Shown here: positions 1 through 9,900 of the stretch, one piece after another | How the letters are laid out: the number at the start of each line of letters is the position of its first letter | Numbering within the stretch: position 1 is the stretch's first letter | Notes under the pieces: model-generated | The model's database searches: none | What the model was told of the DNA's origin: nothing | Seen by the model: the letters and a program-made list of their open reading frames with translations, nothing else | Program-made: the position numbers and the translations under genes | Source of the DNA: a virus | DNA: 64,000 bases | Direction: 5' to 3' (one strand) | IMG/VR virus record: IMGVR_UViG_3300008952_001422 | Coordinates: 32,001-96,000 of that record

Positions 1-261
1 TTAAAAAACATATTTGGCAAGAATGTCTTTATTGATGTTATCTGTTTAGATACAGGAGCCGATAAAGATGAAGCATTAGAGAAATTCAAAGATACCGGAA
101 TGTGGTATATTGAAGATAAGCCAATAAATGCAGAAACAGGTTTGAAATACGGCTTGAAACCTATTTTGATTGAACACGAGCATAACAAAGAACACGAAGA
201 AGATGGTATTGAGTATGCCTTTGATTGGGAAGAGATTTTAAACATTATCGAAAGGGGATAA
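1..261 (+). CDS. 5'-truncated HAD-family protein (T4 gp30.2-like)
   Basis: Frame 1 is open from the window edge: LKNIFGKNVF...WYIEDKPINAETGLKYGLKPILIEHEHN...DWEEI*. The IEDK...N motif fits a HAD C-terminus. Confidence 0.6.
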   Translation, partial: LKNIFGKNVFIDVICLDTGADKDEALEKFKDTGMWYIEDKPINAETGLKYGLKPILIEHEHNKEHEEDGIEYAFDWEEILNIIERG

Positions 262-262
262 T

Positions 263-442
263 ATGACTGACCACTATTTTGTACAAGTTATGGCTGATAA
301 CGGAGAGGTTCTTCGTTGGGAAGCACTAACTAAAGAACAAGCCGACTTCATTTTTAAACAAGAAGTCGAAAAAAACGGTGCAGAAAACTGTACGACTGGT
401 AAAACTGCTGGTCTTGACAGTAATTGGGTGCATCGCTGGTAG
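263..442 (+). CDS. small hypothetical protein (59 aa, not in ORF track)
   Basis: Hand translation MTDHYFVQVMADNGEVLRWEAL...VHRW*; AGGGG upstream of the ATG; followed by a terminator. Confidence 0.65.
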   Translation: MTDHYFVQVMADNGEVLRWEALTKEQADFIFKQEVEKNGAENCTTGKTAGLDSNWVHRW

Positions 443-463
443 ACTTTTAAAGTCATTTAACTC

Positions 464-489
464 AAAAGGGAGCAATGCTCCCTTTTTTT
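464..489 (+). terminator. intrinsic terminator
   Basis: aaaagggagc-aat-gctccctttt hairpin followed by a T run. Confidence 0.8.
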
Positions 490-511
490 ACGTCTATTGG
501 TTTCTGGAAAT

Positions 512-519
512 GATAAATA
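512..519 (+). promoter_or_regulatory. T4-like late promoter variant GATAAATA
   Basis: The motif recurs at gene boundaries; one mismatch to the T4 late box TATAAATA. Confidence 0.55.
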
Positions 520-546
520 CATTTATAATTGTTCGGAGAATAAGAA

Positions 547-1188
547 ATGGCACAATATAAAGTAACACGTTGGATGACTGCAAGTATACCAGTAGTTTCA
601 CGTGTAGAAGCAAATTCTAGTGAAGAGGCGGAAGAAGAATCATCTACTGCACCTTATAATTATGACTATGGCAATTCTGTTATTGGTGATATTGAAGATA
701 CTGACGTAGAAATAATAGAAGAAGCAGTCAAAGAAGATGAAAATTATGATATAACTCAAGCAGACACTAGAGTAGCATTAGATTGGAGTTATATTGACGG
801 TCAACTTTATGATGATATTCTACAAGCATTTGTAGATGAACATGGTCAAGGCTATTATGATGATTGGGTTATTACTGCTAATAAGTCAGGAATTGATGAA
901 AGTATTAAAGAAGATGGTATAGACCCGGAAACAGGTATAGATTCAGCAACAGGCAAACAAAGAATTGGTATAAAAGGCGGATACGATTTTGACGAATACG
1001 AAGTAGATGCAGATTCAGATGGAGTTGTAGTTACTTTCGGCAATGACGAAATTGAAATAGAACGTAGTGATTGGAACGAGGGTGAATTAACAATTAAAGT
1101 TAATGGTGAATCAGTTTCAGAAAACCTAGAAGAAAATCCAGAAGAAGGAATGCAAAGATTAAAAAATCTTATTAATTTTAGGAAATAA
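547..1188 (+). CDS. acidic late protein, putative internal head protein
   Basis: Behind the late motif; hydrophobic-X-E boundaries (VKE, IDE, IKE, VSE); ends MQRLKNLINFRK. Confidence 0.5.
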   Translation: MAQYKVTRWMTASIPVVSRVEANSSEEAEEESSTAPYNYDYGNSVIGDIEDTDVEIIEEAVKEDENYDITQADTRVALDWSYIDGQLYDDILQAFVDEHGQGYYDDWVITANKSGIDESIKEDGIDPETGIDSATGKQRIGIKGGYDFDEYEVDADSDGVVVTFGNDEIEIERSDWNEGELTIKVNGESVSENLEENPEEGMQRLKNLINFRK

Positions 1189-1193
1189 CAAAT

Positions 1194-1700
1194 ATGAACG
1201 AAATTATGCAAAATGATGTCATTGACAATCTTAGAAGTATTGACGGGAATGGCACATTACTTGATATCCTATTAGAATTTGAACACATGCTAGACGAACA
1301 AGGCATGTACGGATATGAAAATTGGAAGTTAGGTGAAGTAGCACATGGTCCAAAATTATCAAGATATTGGCTAAATGTAGTTTTAATGTATCCTTATTTG
1401 AAAATGCCTAATCCAAGAGCGGCATTGCGACTAAAGAATATAGGATGCGATGTCAAGTTTAAAAAAGGCACATTAAAAGTTCCAGTAACAGTTAAATCAC
1501 AAGAAGATTTAGATGCAAAGAAGAAACCAAAACTTAAAAATCATACAGTATGGTTAGTTGATGTTTGGATGCCAAGAAAGTTTGTAGACGAGGCATTAAC
1601 AAATAGAAATGTAGTTGATGGTGATATTAATCAATCTGAACTATCTAAGGCATATGAGGCTGGTCTAGATGATGAAACAAACATCGGGCAGAACAAATAA
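1194..1700 (+). CDS. hypothetical phage protein
   Basis: 168 aa ORF with SD, coupled to the next gene. Confidence 0.6.
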   Translation: MNEIMQNDVIDNLRSIDGNGTLLDILLEFEHMLDEQGMYGYENWKLGEVAHGPKLSRYWLNVVLMYPYLKMPNPRAALRLKNIGCDVKFKKGTLKVPVTVKSQEDLDAKKKPKLKNHTVWLVDVWMPRKFVDEALTNRNVVDGDINQSELSKAYEAGLDDETNIGQNK

Positions 1701-2110
1701 TGAGATACGAACAGATTAAAGAAGGTGTTGAATATGGTGATTTAGATTCTCTAGTAGATTCTACAGTTTCAGTCGCAGAATTTAAACCAAAAACAGGAAC
1801 AGAAGAAGATGTTATTGTTATTGGATTTTATGTAAAAGATGAAGCACCTGCAATGGATTTAGCAAAGTTCATTGAAAGAGGAGTTACTCCAATACTTGAT
1901 ACTGAAGTTTCTCCAAATCCAAATGATGTAGGAATGTATATAGTGTTTGTTGAAGTTGAGAATAAAGACTTAATGAAAACAACATTGAATTTAATTAACG
2001 ACATTCGTGGTCTAGTAAAAGTTAAAGAATGGGAAATAAAATTTTATAAACGTGAAGCAATAAACGTTAAGGCAGAAGAAATCAAAGAATGGCTAAGGAA
2101 CCACCGCTAA
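1700..2110 (+). CDS. hypothetical phage protein
   Basis: TAATG coupling; N-terminus MRYEQIKE resembles the late-protein leaders. Confidence 0.6.
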   Translation: MRYEQIKEGVEYGDLDSLVDSTVSVAEFKPKTGTEEDVIVIGFYVKDEAPAMDLAKFIERGVTPILDTEVSPNPNDVGMYIVFVEVENKDLMKTTLNLINDIRGLVKVKEWEIKFYKREAINVKAEEIKEWLRNHR

Positions 2111-2310
2111 AGTTCGAAGGTAAAGTAGTTAACATTCTCCCTGGTGACAAATTTGATGTCAAACTGGACTCAAATGACTATATAGTGAAATGTACATTGT
2201 CTGGAAAGATGCGTAAAAATAGTATTAAAGTTATTCTTCGGGATAAGGTCTCTATTGAAATGTCTCCCTACGATTTAGGCAAGGGAAGAATCACTTTCAG
2301 ACACAAATAA
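2089..2310 (+). CDS. infA: translation initiation factor IF-1
   Basis: MAKE...EGKV..LP...F.VKL...LSGKMRKN.I.V...DKV.IEMSPYDL.KGRITFR matches the IF-1 pattern over its full length. Confidence 0.92.
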   Translation: MAKEPPLKFEGKVVNILPGDKFDVKLDSNDYIVKCTLSGKMRKNSIKVILRDKVSIEMSPYDLGKGRITFRHK

Positions 2311-2323
2311 AAAGGTAAGAAAA

Positions 2324-2806
2324 ATGTTTTTACTAGGAAAAATTAAAATGTTACTAATCCTGACAGTCGTTATAGGCGCAGTAGGATTTGGTGCATGGAA
2401 ATATTATCAATATACACAAGAACAAATCAGAATTTATGCTGTTAACGCCGCAACCGCGGAATTAGCACAGCAAGAGGCTGAGGCTGCCGTAGAATCACTC
2501 AAAAGAGATATGGTCGAAATTCAAGCACAGTTTACAGCGGTTTCAGAGCAATTTGAAGTTGCTAAAGGACGAGTGAATGCATTAGAAGAAAAATTAAGTA
2601 AACATGACATTGGTAACTTAGCACAAGCAAAACCAAAATTAATAGAGAAAATAGTTGACAAAGGTACTGCGGATGTGTTAAGATGTTATGAGATACTAAC
2701 TGGTTCTCCACTTACTGAAGAAGAAATTGCAGTGACTAAGAAATCAAAAGCAAATACTACTTGTCCAGACGTGGCAAACCCTAACTATAAGGCACCAAGA
2801 CCATGA
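2324..2806 (+). CDS. putative i-spanin (Rz-like)
   Basis: N-terminal TM helix, long coiled coil, C-terminal cysteines; overlaps the downstream lipoprotein gene. Confidence 0.6.
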   Translation: MFLLGKIKMLLILTVVIGAVGFGAWKYYQYTQEQIRIYAVNAATAELAQQEAEAAVESLKRDMVEIQAQFTAVSEQFEVAKGRVNALEEKLSKHDIGNLAQAKPKLIEKIVDKGTADVLRCYEILTGSPLTEEEIAVTKKSKANTTCPDVANPNYKAPRP

Positions 2807-3252
2807 TTAAAGAAACAATACTAATAAGCACATTAGCACTTTTTGGATTAAGTGGTTGTGCGTCATTCATGCCAGAAGTGACAAAATATTCTACTGAACC
2901 AGTAGAACGCCCATTACTTGTATTACCTGAATCCGAGATAATAAACATGAAGGATGTAGACTATATTGTAGTCACAAGAGAAAATGTTGAAGAAGTTTGG
3001 GCAGAACTAGAAGCATCTGGCAAATCTATCGTACTATTTGCACTTACACACGAAGGTTATGAAAACTTGGCATTGAATAATGCTGATATCATTAGATATC
3101 TTTCTGAGCAGAGAGCAGTTATCATCGCATATAAAGAATACTATGAAAAAGCGGACAAGGCAATTGGTGACGCAAACGAAAAAAATAAGAATAAAGAAGA
3201 TGCAGAAGCAAGTTCAAGTTTTTCAATTAAGAAGTTTTTGAATTCAGACTAA
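2803..3252 (+). CDS. putative o-spanin lipoprotein (Rz1-like)
   Basis: Signal peptide with lipobox LSGC and a Pro-containing segment; ATGA overlap with the i-spanin. Confidence 0.6.
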   Translation: MIKETILISTLALFGLSGCASFMPEVTKYSTEPVERPLLVLPESEIINMKDVDYIVVTRENVEEVWAELEASGKSIVLFALTHEGYENLALNNADIIRYLSEQRAVIIAYKEYYEKADKAIGDANEKNKNKEDAEASSSFSIKKFLNSD

Positions 3253-3254
3253 TC

Positions 3255-3641
3255 ATGTCACCTTTTAAGGTCCTAGGCATAACCAAATACTCATCAGAAG
3301 ACGAAATAAGAATCGCATACAAACGATTGTTAAAGAAACATCATCCAGATACCGGTGATGGAGACAGAAAAAGACTTGATGATATCCGTCAAGCATTTAC
3401 TGATATAAAAAAGATACAATCAGAAAGTGGCAGTATCATTACAGTTTCACTTAATGTAAAGGTTAACGAAGAAGAACTGGACGCAATGCGTGGAACAAAG
3501 ACTGGATTTAGAGATGATATTATGCCAGATATTCATTATATTGTTACAGTACCAAAAACAACTAGATTAGGCGATACAATTCTAGTAAAAAACATCATAA
3601 ATAATACGAACTTGAAGATTAACTTTTTAAAAAGGACATAA
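3255..3641 (+). CDS. J-domain (DnaJ-like) protein
   Basis: PFKVLGI...EIRIAYKRLLKKHHPD: J-domain with intact HPD. Confidence 0.85.
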   Translation: MSPFKVLGITKYSSEDEIRIAYKRLLKKHHPDTGDGDRKRLDDIRQAFTDIKKIQSESGSIITVSLNVKVNEEELDAMRGTKTGFRDDIMPDIHYIVTVPKTTRLGDTILVKNIINNTNLKINFLKRT

Positions 3642-5876
3642 ATGGCTGAAAAAGACGGAACTCCAGATAGAATTGGCATTACATTAGAAAGAGCAGTTCA
3701 GTTTGCGAACTCTTTAACCCATGAATATGTTACGTTAGAACATCTATTGTTCTCTATTTTAGAAGAACAAGATGTAAGTGATTTACTAACTAACATGGAA
3801 GTGAAGGCTGGCGACATCATAAAAGATGTAGAGAAATATCTAAAGAACAGAGATGATATTACTAATGTCGTAAAGACCGCAGTGAATAGAGGACCTCGTA
3901 AAACTGCGGCATTGACCAGAGTATTCAATCGTGCAATCACTCAAGTTATCTTTAGTGGTAGAACTAAATTGTTTCCTAGAGATGTAGTAATTTCACTACT
4001 AAGTGAAGCAGATTCATATGCGTATTACTTCTTAGTAAAACATGGTGTAACACGTGAAGGTGCTATTCACGTCATTCAAAAAGAATTCTATTCAAGCAAA
4101 CCAGGAGTTACCACAGGCGACCCGGCTCATGCAGTCAGATTTGAAGATTTCTGTACTAATCTTAATATAAAATCAGCAGAAGGACTTATTGACCCAGTCA
4201 TTGGTAGAGAAGATGAACTAATCGAAATTACAGAAGTTCTTGCTAGACGTAAAAAGAATAATGTCATTATTGTTGGTGAACCAGGTGTTGGTAAAACAGC
4301 AATAGCAGAAGGACTTGCATTGATGATAACAGAGGGCAAAGTTCCTAAAATCCTTGAAAAGAAAACAGTATTTTCACTTGATATTGCAAGTCTAGTTGCA
4401 GGTACAAAGTATCGTGGTGAATTTGAAGAACGTGCTAAGATGGTATTCGAGCAACTTGCTAAGAAAGATAATGTTATTCTATTCATTGATGAAATTCATA
4501 TGATTATGGGTGCCGGTTCAGCAGGTGGTTCTAATATTGATATCGCAAACTTATTGAAACCATTACTAGCAAGTGGTAAACTATTCTGTGTTGGTGCAAC
4601 GACAAGTGAAGAATACAGAGAAAATTTCGAAAAAGACAGAGCATTACAAAGACGTTTTCAAAAAGTAGTAGTAGACCAACCAAGCAAAGAAACTACTAAA
4701 CTAATTATTAAAGGTCTTCAGCATTACTATGAGGCATTTCACGAACTTGAATATACTGAAGAAGCACTTGACTATGCAGTAGATTTAGCAGAACGTTACA
4801 TGCATGGCAAATATAATCCAGATAGAGTTATTGATGTTATGGATATTGCAGGTGCTAGAGGCAAACTTCATGGACATAAAGGACCAATTACAAAACAACA
4901 AATTGAAGAAGCAATTTCTAAGATAACTCGTATTCCTATGGATATGATTGATGCTAAAGAGAATACTAATTATAATAACTTAGAAGATAAGATTAAAACG
5001 AAACTATTTGGACAAGATGGGGCAGTTAGTGCCTTAGTTGAAAGTATTTTAGTAAGTAAGTCAGGAATGAGAGATAGAAATAAACCTATTGGTTCATTCT
5101 TGTTTGTTGGTCCAACAGGTACTGGTAAAACAGAACTATGCCGACAACTCGCACATAACTTATCAATAAAACTTCGCAAATATGATATGTCAGAATATAT
5201 GGAACAACATTCAGTATCAAAACTTATCGGTGCTCCTCCAGGTTATGTCGGACACGCAGAAGGTGGTATGGGAGCAGGACAACTTATAAATGATGTCGAA
5301 GAAACTCCTAACTGTGTTGTTTTACTTGACGAAGTAGAGAAAGCACATCCAAGTGTTATGAACTTATTACTTCAAGTAATGGATGATGGCAGATTAACAG
5401 GCTCTACTGGAAAAGAAGCAGATTTCTCTAATGTTATTCTAATTATGACTAGTAATCTAGGCTCTGCAACACAATCAAAACAAGCAATTGGATTTAGTAC
5501 AGATAACAAAGATGCTAGTTACCAAGCAGTTAAGAAATTCTTCTCGCCAGAATTTAGAAATAGAATTGACGCAAATATAGAATTTAAACCACTTGAAAAA
5601 ACTCATATCGATATGATTGTTGATAAAACTATCAATGAAATTAATGAGATGTTAACAGACAAGAATGTAATAATTAAAATTTCTGATACTGCTAGAATAT
5701 GGTTACGAGAACGAGGATATGTTCCAGAAATGGGTGCAAGACCATTACAACGTGTAGTAAATGATAATATTAAGAAGCCAGTATCAAAAGAAATACTTTT
5801 TGGAAAATTAAGAGACGGTGGCACGGTCACTGTCGATGTTACGAATGAAGACGAAATCAAATTTGTATATACCTAA
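3642..5876 (+). CDS. clpA: ATP-dependent Clp protease ATPase subunit ClpA
   Basis: Clp N domain (HEYVTLEHLL), two Walker A motifs (GEPGVGKT, GPTGTGKT), IGF loop (AIGFS), GARPL sensor, no ClpB middle domain. Confidence 0.9.
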   Translation: MAEKDGTPDRIGITLERAVQFANSLTHEYVTLEHLLFSILEEQDVSDLLTNMEVKAGDIIKDVEKYLKNRDDITNVVKTAVNRGPRKTAALTRVFNRAITQVIFSGRTKLFPRDVVISLLSEADSYAYYFLVKHGVTREGAIHVIQKEFYSSKPGVTTGDPAHAVRFEDFCTNLNIKSAEGLIDPVIGREDELIEITEVLARRKKNNVIIVGEPGVGKTAIAEGLALMITEGKVPKILEKKTVFSLDIASLVAGTKYRGEFEERAKMVFEQLAKKDNVILFIDEIHMIMGAGSAGGSNIDIANLLKPLLASGKLFCVGATTSEEYRENFEKDRALQRRFQKVVVDQPSKETTKLIIKGLQHYYEAFHELEYTEEALDYAVDLAERYMHGKYNPDRVIDVMDIAGARGKLHGHKGPITKQQIEEAISKITRIPMDMIDAKENTNYNNLEDKIKTKLFGQDGAVSALVESILVSKSGMRDRNKPIGSFLFVGPTGTGKTELCRQLAHNLSIKLRKYDMSEYMEQHSVSKLIGAPPGYVGHAEGGMGAGQLINDVEETPNCVVLLDEVEKAHPSVMNLLLQVMDDGRLTGSTGKEADFSNVILIMTSNLGSATQSKQAIGFSTDNKDASYQAVKKFFSPEFRNRIDANIEFKPLEKTHIDMIVDKTINEINEMLTDKNVIIKISDTARIWLRERGYVPEMGARPLQRVVNDNIKKPVSKEILFGKLRDGGTVTVDVTNEDEIKFVYT

Positions 5877-6504
5877 TACAGAGACATCAACAAAATTATT
5901 TTATAAAGAATATCCATACAGGATAACATACCCAAGAATAGGAAGACTTCCTTATTTTTATCACAAAGATAATACTCCTAGTAATCAGTCTTGGATGTTG
6001 AAAAAGCAATGTCTAGACTATCTAAAGAAAACATTCAAAGGTAGAATTAAGTTTAATCACGGATATCATACTCACGCATACTTCTTAAAAAAAGAAGACT
6101 TCGAAAAAGCAAAAGAACACGAGGAATTTCAAGAGTTACATGTAAAATACACTATACCTCTATTTCCAGATTTAAAAGATATATTAGACCAATTCGATGC
6201 AAATACAGTACTACGCAAATCATTATTTCTAAGAAAGCACAAATATAAAGTAGAAATAGGCTACAATTATAACAACTTTCCAAAACTCTGTGATGAGATA
6301 TTTAAAACTTTCGGAAATAACTCCAATTACTCAGTTTCAGGAAATATAAAGTCGGTAACTAAGCGTTTTGGCTATTATGGTTCGTGGGCAACCTACAGTA
6401 TATACTGTAAAGACGAAATAGACGTTGAATACTTCACTTTTGTGTTTGGAGAGAACATCAAGTCAATATCAAAGGCAGTCCTTATAAGTGAATTAGATAA
6501 ATAA
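5845..6504 (+). CDS. hypothetical protein
   Basis: Long ORF with two similar LF..Y.Y(R/K)(I/V) halves; start uncertain (5818 or 5845). Confidence 0.55.
   Translation: MKTKSNLYIPNTETSTKLFYKEYPYRITYPRIGRLPYFYHKDNTPSNQSWMLKKQCLDYLKKTFKGRIKFNHGYHTHAYFLKKEDFEKAKEHEEFQELHVKYTIPLFPDLKDILDQFDANTVLRKSLFLRKHKYKVEIGYNYNNFPKLCDEIFKTFGNNSNYSVSGNIKSVTKRFGYYGSWATYSIYCKDEIDVEYFTFVFGENIKSISKAVLISELDK
6496..6503 (+). promoter_or_regulatory. late promoter variant GATAAATA
   Basis: Lies in aattagataaataagag, a 17-mer repeated exactly at 44921; precedes the structural genes. Confidence 0.6.
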
Positions 6505-6552
6505 GAGATAGAAGATAATCTTTAACTACTAATTTATTAAGAGGGAAGGCAC

Positions 6553-6924
6553 ATGGCTCGCAAAACAACTACTTTATTACCTCAATGTGGCAGTACAGCA
6601 CTCGATGTAACAGGTGATGCAGTACCCGGCGATTCTTACTACGGATATACAGATGGTGTACATACAGTAGCAATCTACGGTGCTAATCTATCAGGAAGAA
6701 TTAAAATACAAGGAACACTAGCAACAACACCAACAGAAGATGACTGGTTTGACATTCTTCTTACTGGTATACCGTATAAAGACTACACTAACTTTACGGG
6801 CGTTGAAGGATTTACGTTTATTGCTAACTTAGTATTTCTCAGAGCAAAATTAGATAGAACAGCCCTTGGTATAACAAATTATTCAACAGCAGGGACAGTA
6901 CAGAAGATTTATCTGAATTACTAA
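6553..6924 (+). CDS. putative virion structural protein
   Basis: Beta-rich G/T composition; first gene of the tail-fibre operon; SD present. Confidence 0.55.
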   Translation: MARKTTTLLPQCGSTALDVTGDAVPGDSYYGYTDGVHTVAIYGANLSGRIKIQGTLATTPTEDDWFDILLTGIPYKDYTNFTGVEGFTFIANLVFLRAKLDRTALGITNYSTAGTVQKIYLNY

Positions 6925-6936
6925 TAGGGAATAGAT

Positions 6937-9900
6937 ATGAGTATAAACGCACAACCATTTCAACCACAATTTAAACTTATTGGCAATTTAGCAGAAGACC
7001 AAGTACTAGTATACGATACTAGTGAAGGCGCATTTGTCAATTCAACTGCATCGGGTGGAAGTGGAGCATCTGGATATGATGCAGTCGCAAACATGGGAAC
7101 AGGAACTGCGTTATATTTTGGTGATGCAGGTACGACACTCCAACTTAAAACAATAATTGGTGGCACTGATATTACCATTACTGACAATGGTTCAGGCGGA
7201 TTAATAGTAGCATCAACTTCAACAGACACAGTCCAAGATGGTACTAACTTAGGGTCTGGCACAGGAATATTCGATTCTAAAGATGGCACAACACATGCTC
7301 TAAAATTTAAGAGTTTGGCAGTAGGTGCTGGTCTTACATTAACAGATGACGGTGCAGGCACATTAACACTTGTTAATACAAATGCCGCAGGCACAACAGA
7401 CGCAGATTTAACACTAAGTAACTTATCAGATAACGCAACAGCAAGAACAAACTTAGGTGTATATTCTAAAACAGAATCAGATTCTATGTATCATAAACAT
7501 GATGATGCATTTGTTCCGTCAGCAAATAATGTTCATGATATTGGTTCACCAACATTAAAATATAATGATATCTATGCTGAAACATTCCAAGGTACGGCTG
7601 TATTAGCAGACCAATTAACAATTTCAGGTACAAGTGGTCAAGTTCTAACTCATAATGGAACTGAATGGGTAGCAGGCGCTGGTAGTTCAATATTATCATC
7701 AGCATCAGATGTTTCAAATATTGCACCGGGAGATGGACAACATTTAGTTTGGAACGCAACAACTAATTTATGGACACCTTCTTCTGCAGGTGCAGGCGGT
7801 GGTGGATATCAAGATTCAGATGCAAGAAATGCCATTTCAGTTTCAGGTGATTTATCTTATAATGCAACAACGGGTGTTATATCATACACAACTCCAACTG
7901 ACACAGATACAACTTATACAGCAGGCACAGGATTAACATTAGTCGGTACAGTATTTTCAAATACGGCTCCTGACCAAACAGTAGCATTAACTGGTTCTGG
8001 TGCAACAACAATTACAGGAACATATCCTAACTTTACTATTTCTAGTACAGATACAGACACTAATACAACATATACTAATGTATCTGAGTTTACAAATGAT
8101 AGTGGTTACTTAACTTCAGTTCCAGCACAAGCATGGAGTACAATAACAGGTACACCTACAACAATCGCTGGATACGGAATTACAGATGCGTTTGATTCGA
8201 GTAGTGCTTTTCCATATTCTAATTTAACAGGTACTCCTACAATACCAACTAAAGTAAGTGACTTGACAAATGATTCAGGTTTCATATCAAGTGTTCCAGC
8301 ACAATCATTCGCTTCTCTTACAGGAAAGCCAACAACACTCGCTGGATACGGAATTACAGATGCATTTGACGGTGCATTTACTTCATTATCTGGTGTTGCT
8401 TCAGCAGGTGCAAGTGAAGACAACATGGTTCTATATTATGACCACGCAACAACTTCATTCAAATGGAAAACAGATGCAAGTACACCAGCAGGATACAACA
8501 ATGCAAATTGGGACACAGCATTTGGCTGGGGTGACCACTCAACGCAAGGATATCTAACTTCAACAACTGCTCATTATACTGACAGTGATGTTGATACACA
8601 CTTAAATGTAAGTGGTGCAACTAATGACCAAATGTTAAAATGGACAGGCACTGATTATGCTTGGGTAACATCTACTGATACAGATACAACATATACAGCA
8701 GGTACAAATGTAACTATAAGTGGTTCTAACGTTATATCAGCAACAGATACTAATACAACATATGTAAGTTCAGACTTCACACACGATGACTTGACTGGTT
8801 ATGTACCAGCCGAACATATTGATTGGACAACAAACCAAGGTGCAACTAATATACATGTAGACAACTATATTAACACAACATACTCTAACTTATCTGAATT
8901 TTCAAACGACAGTGGATATATTACAAGTGTTGGAGTATTAAGTTCACATACAGACGTTCATACATCAGCACCATCAAATGGAGACGTTCTTAAATGGGAT
9001 GCTGGAAACAGTAGATGGGCACCACAATCAGATGCAGTTGGAAGTGTAACAGCAACTAGTACAACAACATTTACAAATAAATCAGGTAACATTAGTCAAT
9101 GGACTAACGATGCAGGATATTTAACATCAGAAACAGATTCACAAACATTATCACTTACTGGTACAACATTAGCAATAACAGGCGGAAATAACGTAGACCT
9201 TTCTGCATTAACGATTGATGATTTTGCAGATGTAAATATTACATCAGTAGCAGATAATCAATTCTTAAAGTATGACAATGGAAGTGGCGAATGGAGAAAT
9301 GAAACAGTAACAATTCCTACACTTACAAGTCAATTAACAAACGATGCAGGTTTTATAACTTCAGCAGGCACATATAATAACAGTGATGTTGATACACATT
9401 TAAATCAATCAAATCCAACAAGTGGTTTTGTATTAAGTTGGAATGGTTCAGATTATGCTTGGGTATCAAATGGTGCCGCAGGCGCACATTTCGATGGACA
9501 ATTTAGTTCACTAACAGGAACGCCAACTACAATCGCAGGATATGGAATTACAGATGCATTTGATGGAGCATATGGCTCATTAACAGGCGCCCCTACATTA
9601 TATACTGATGCAGACGCAAGAGCCGCCATTTCAGGAACAACAGGATTATCATATAATAGCACAACAGGTGTAATGACACTTAATGCTTCAGTTGGTGATT
9701 TACTAAATGTAAGTTCTACTGCACCAAGTTCAGGACAAGTTTTAAAATGGTCTGGTTCAGAATGGGCTCCAGCCGCAGATACAGATACAGATACAGTTTA
9801 CACAACTTTCAACACAGATTTTGATACAAGATTAGCAACTAAAACAACTGCTGATTTATCCGAACTTACGAACAAATACTTTACAGACGATAGAGCAAGA

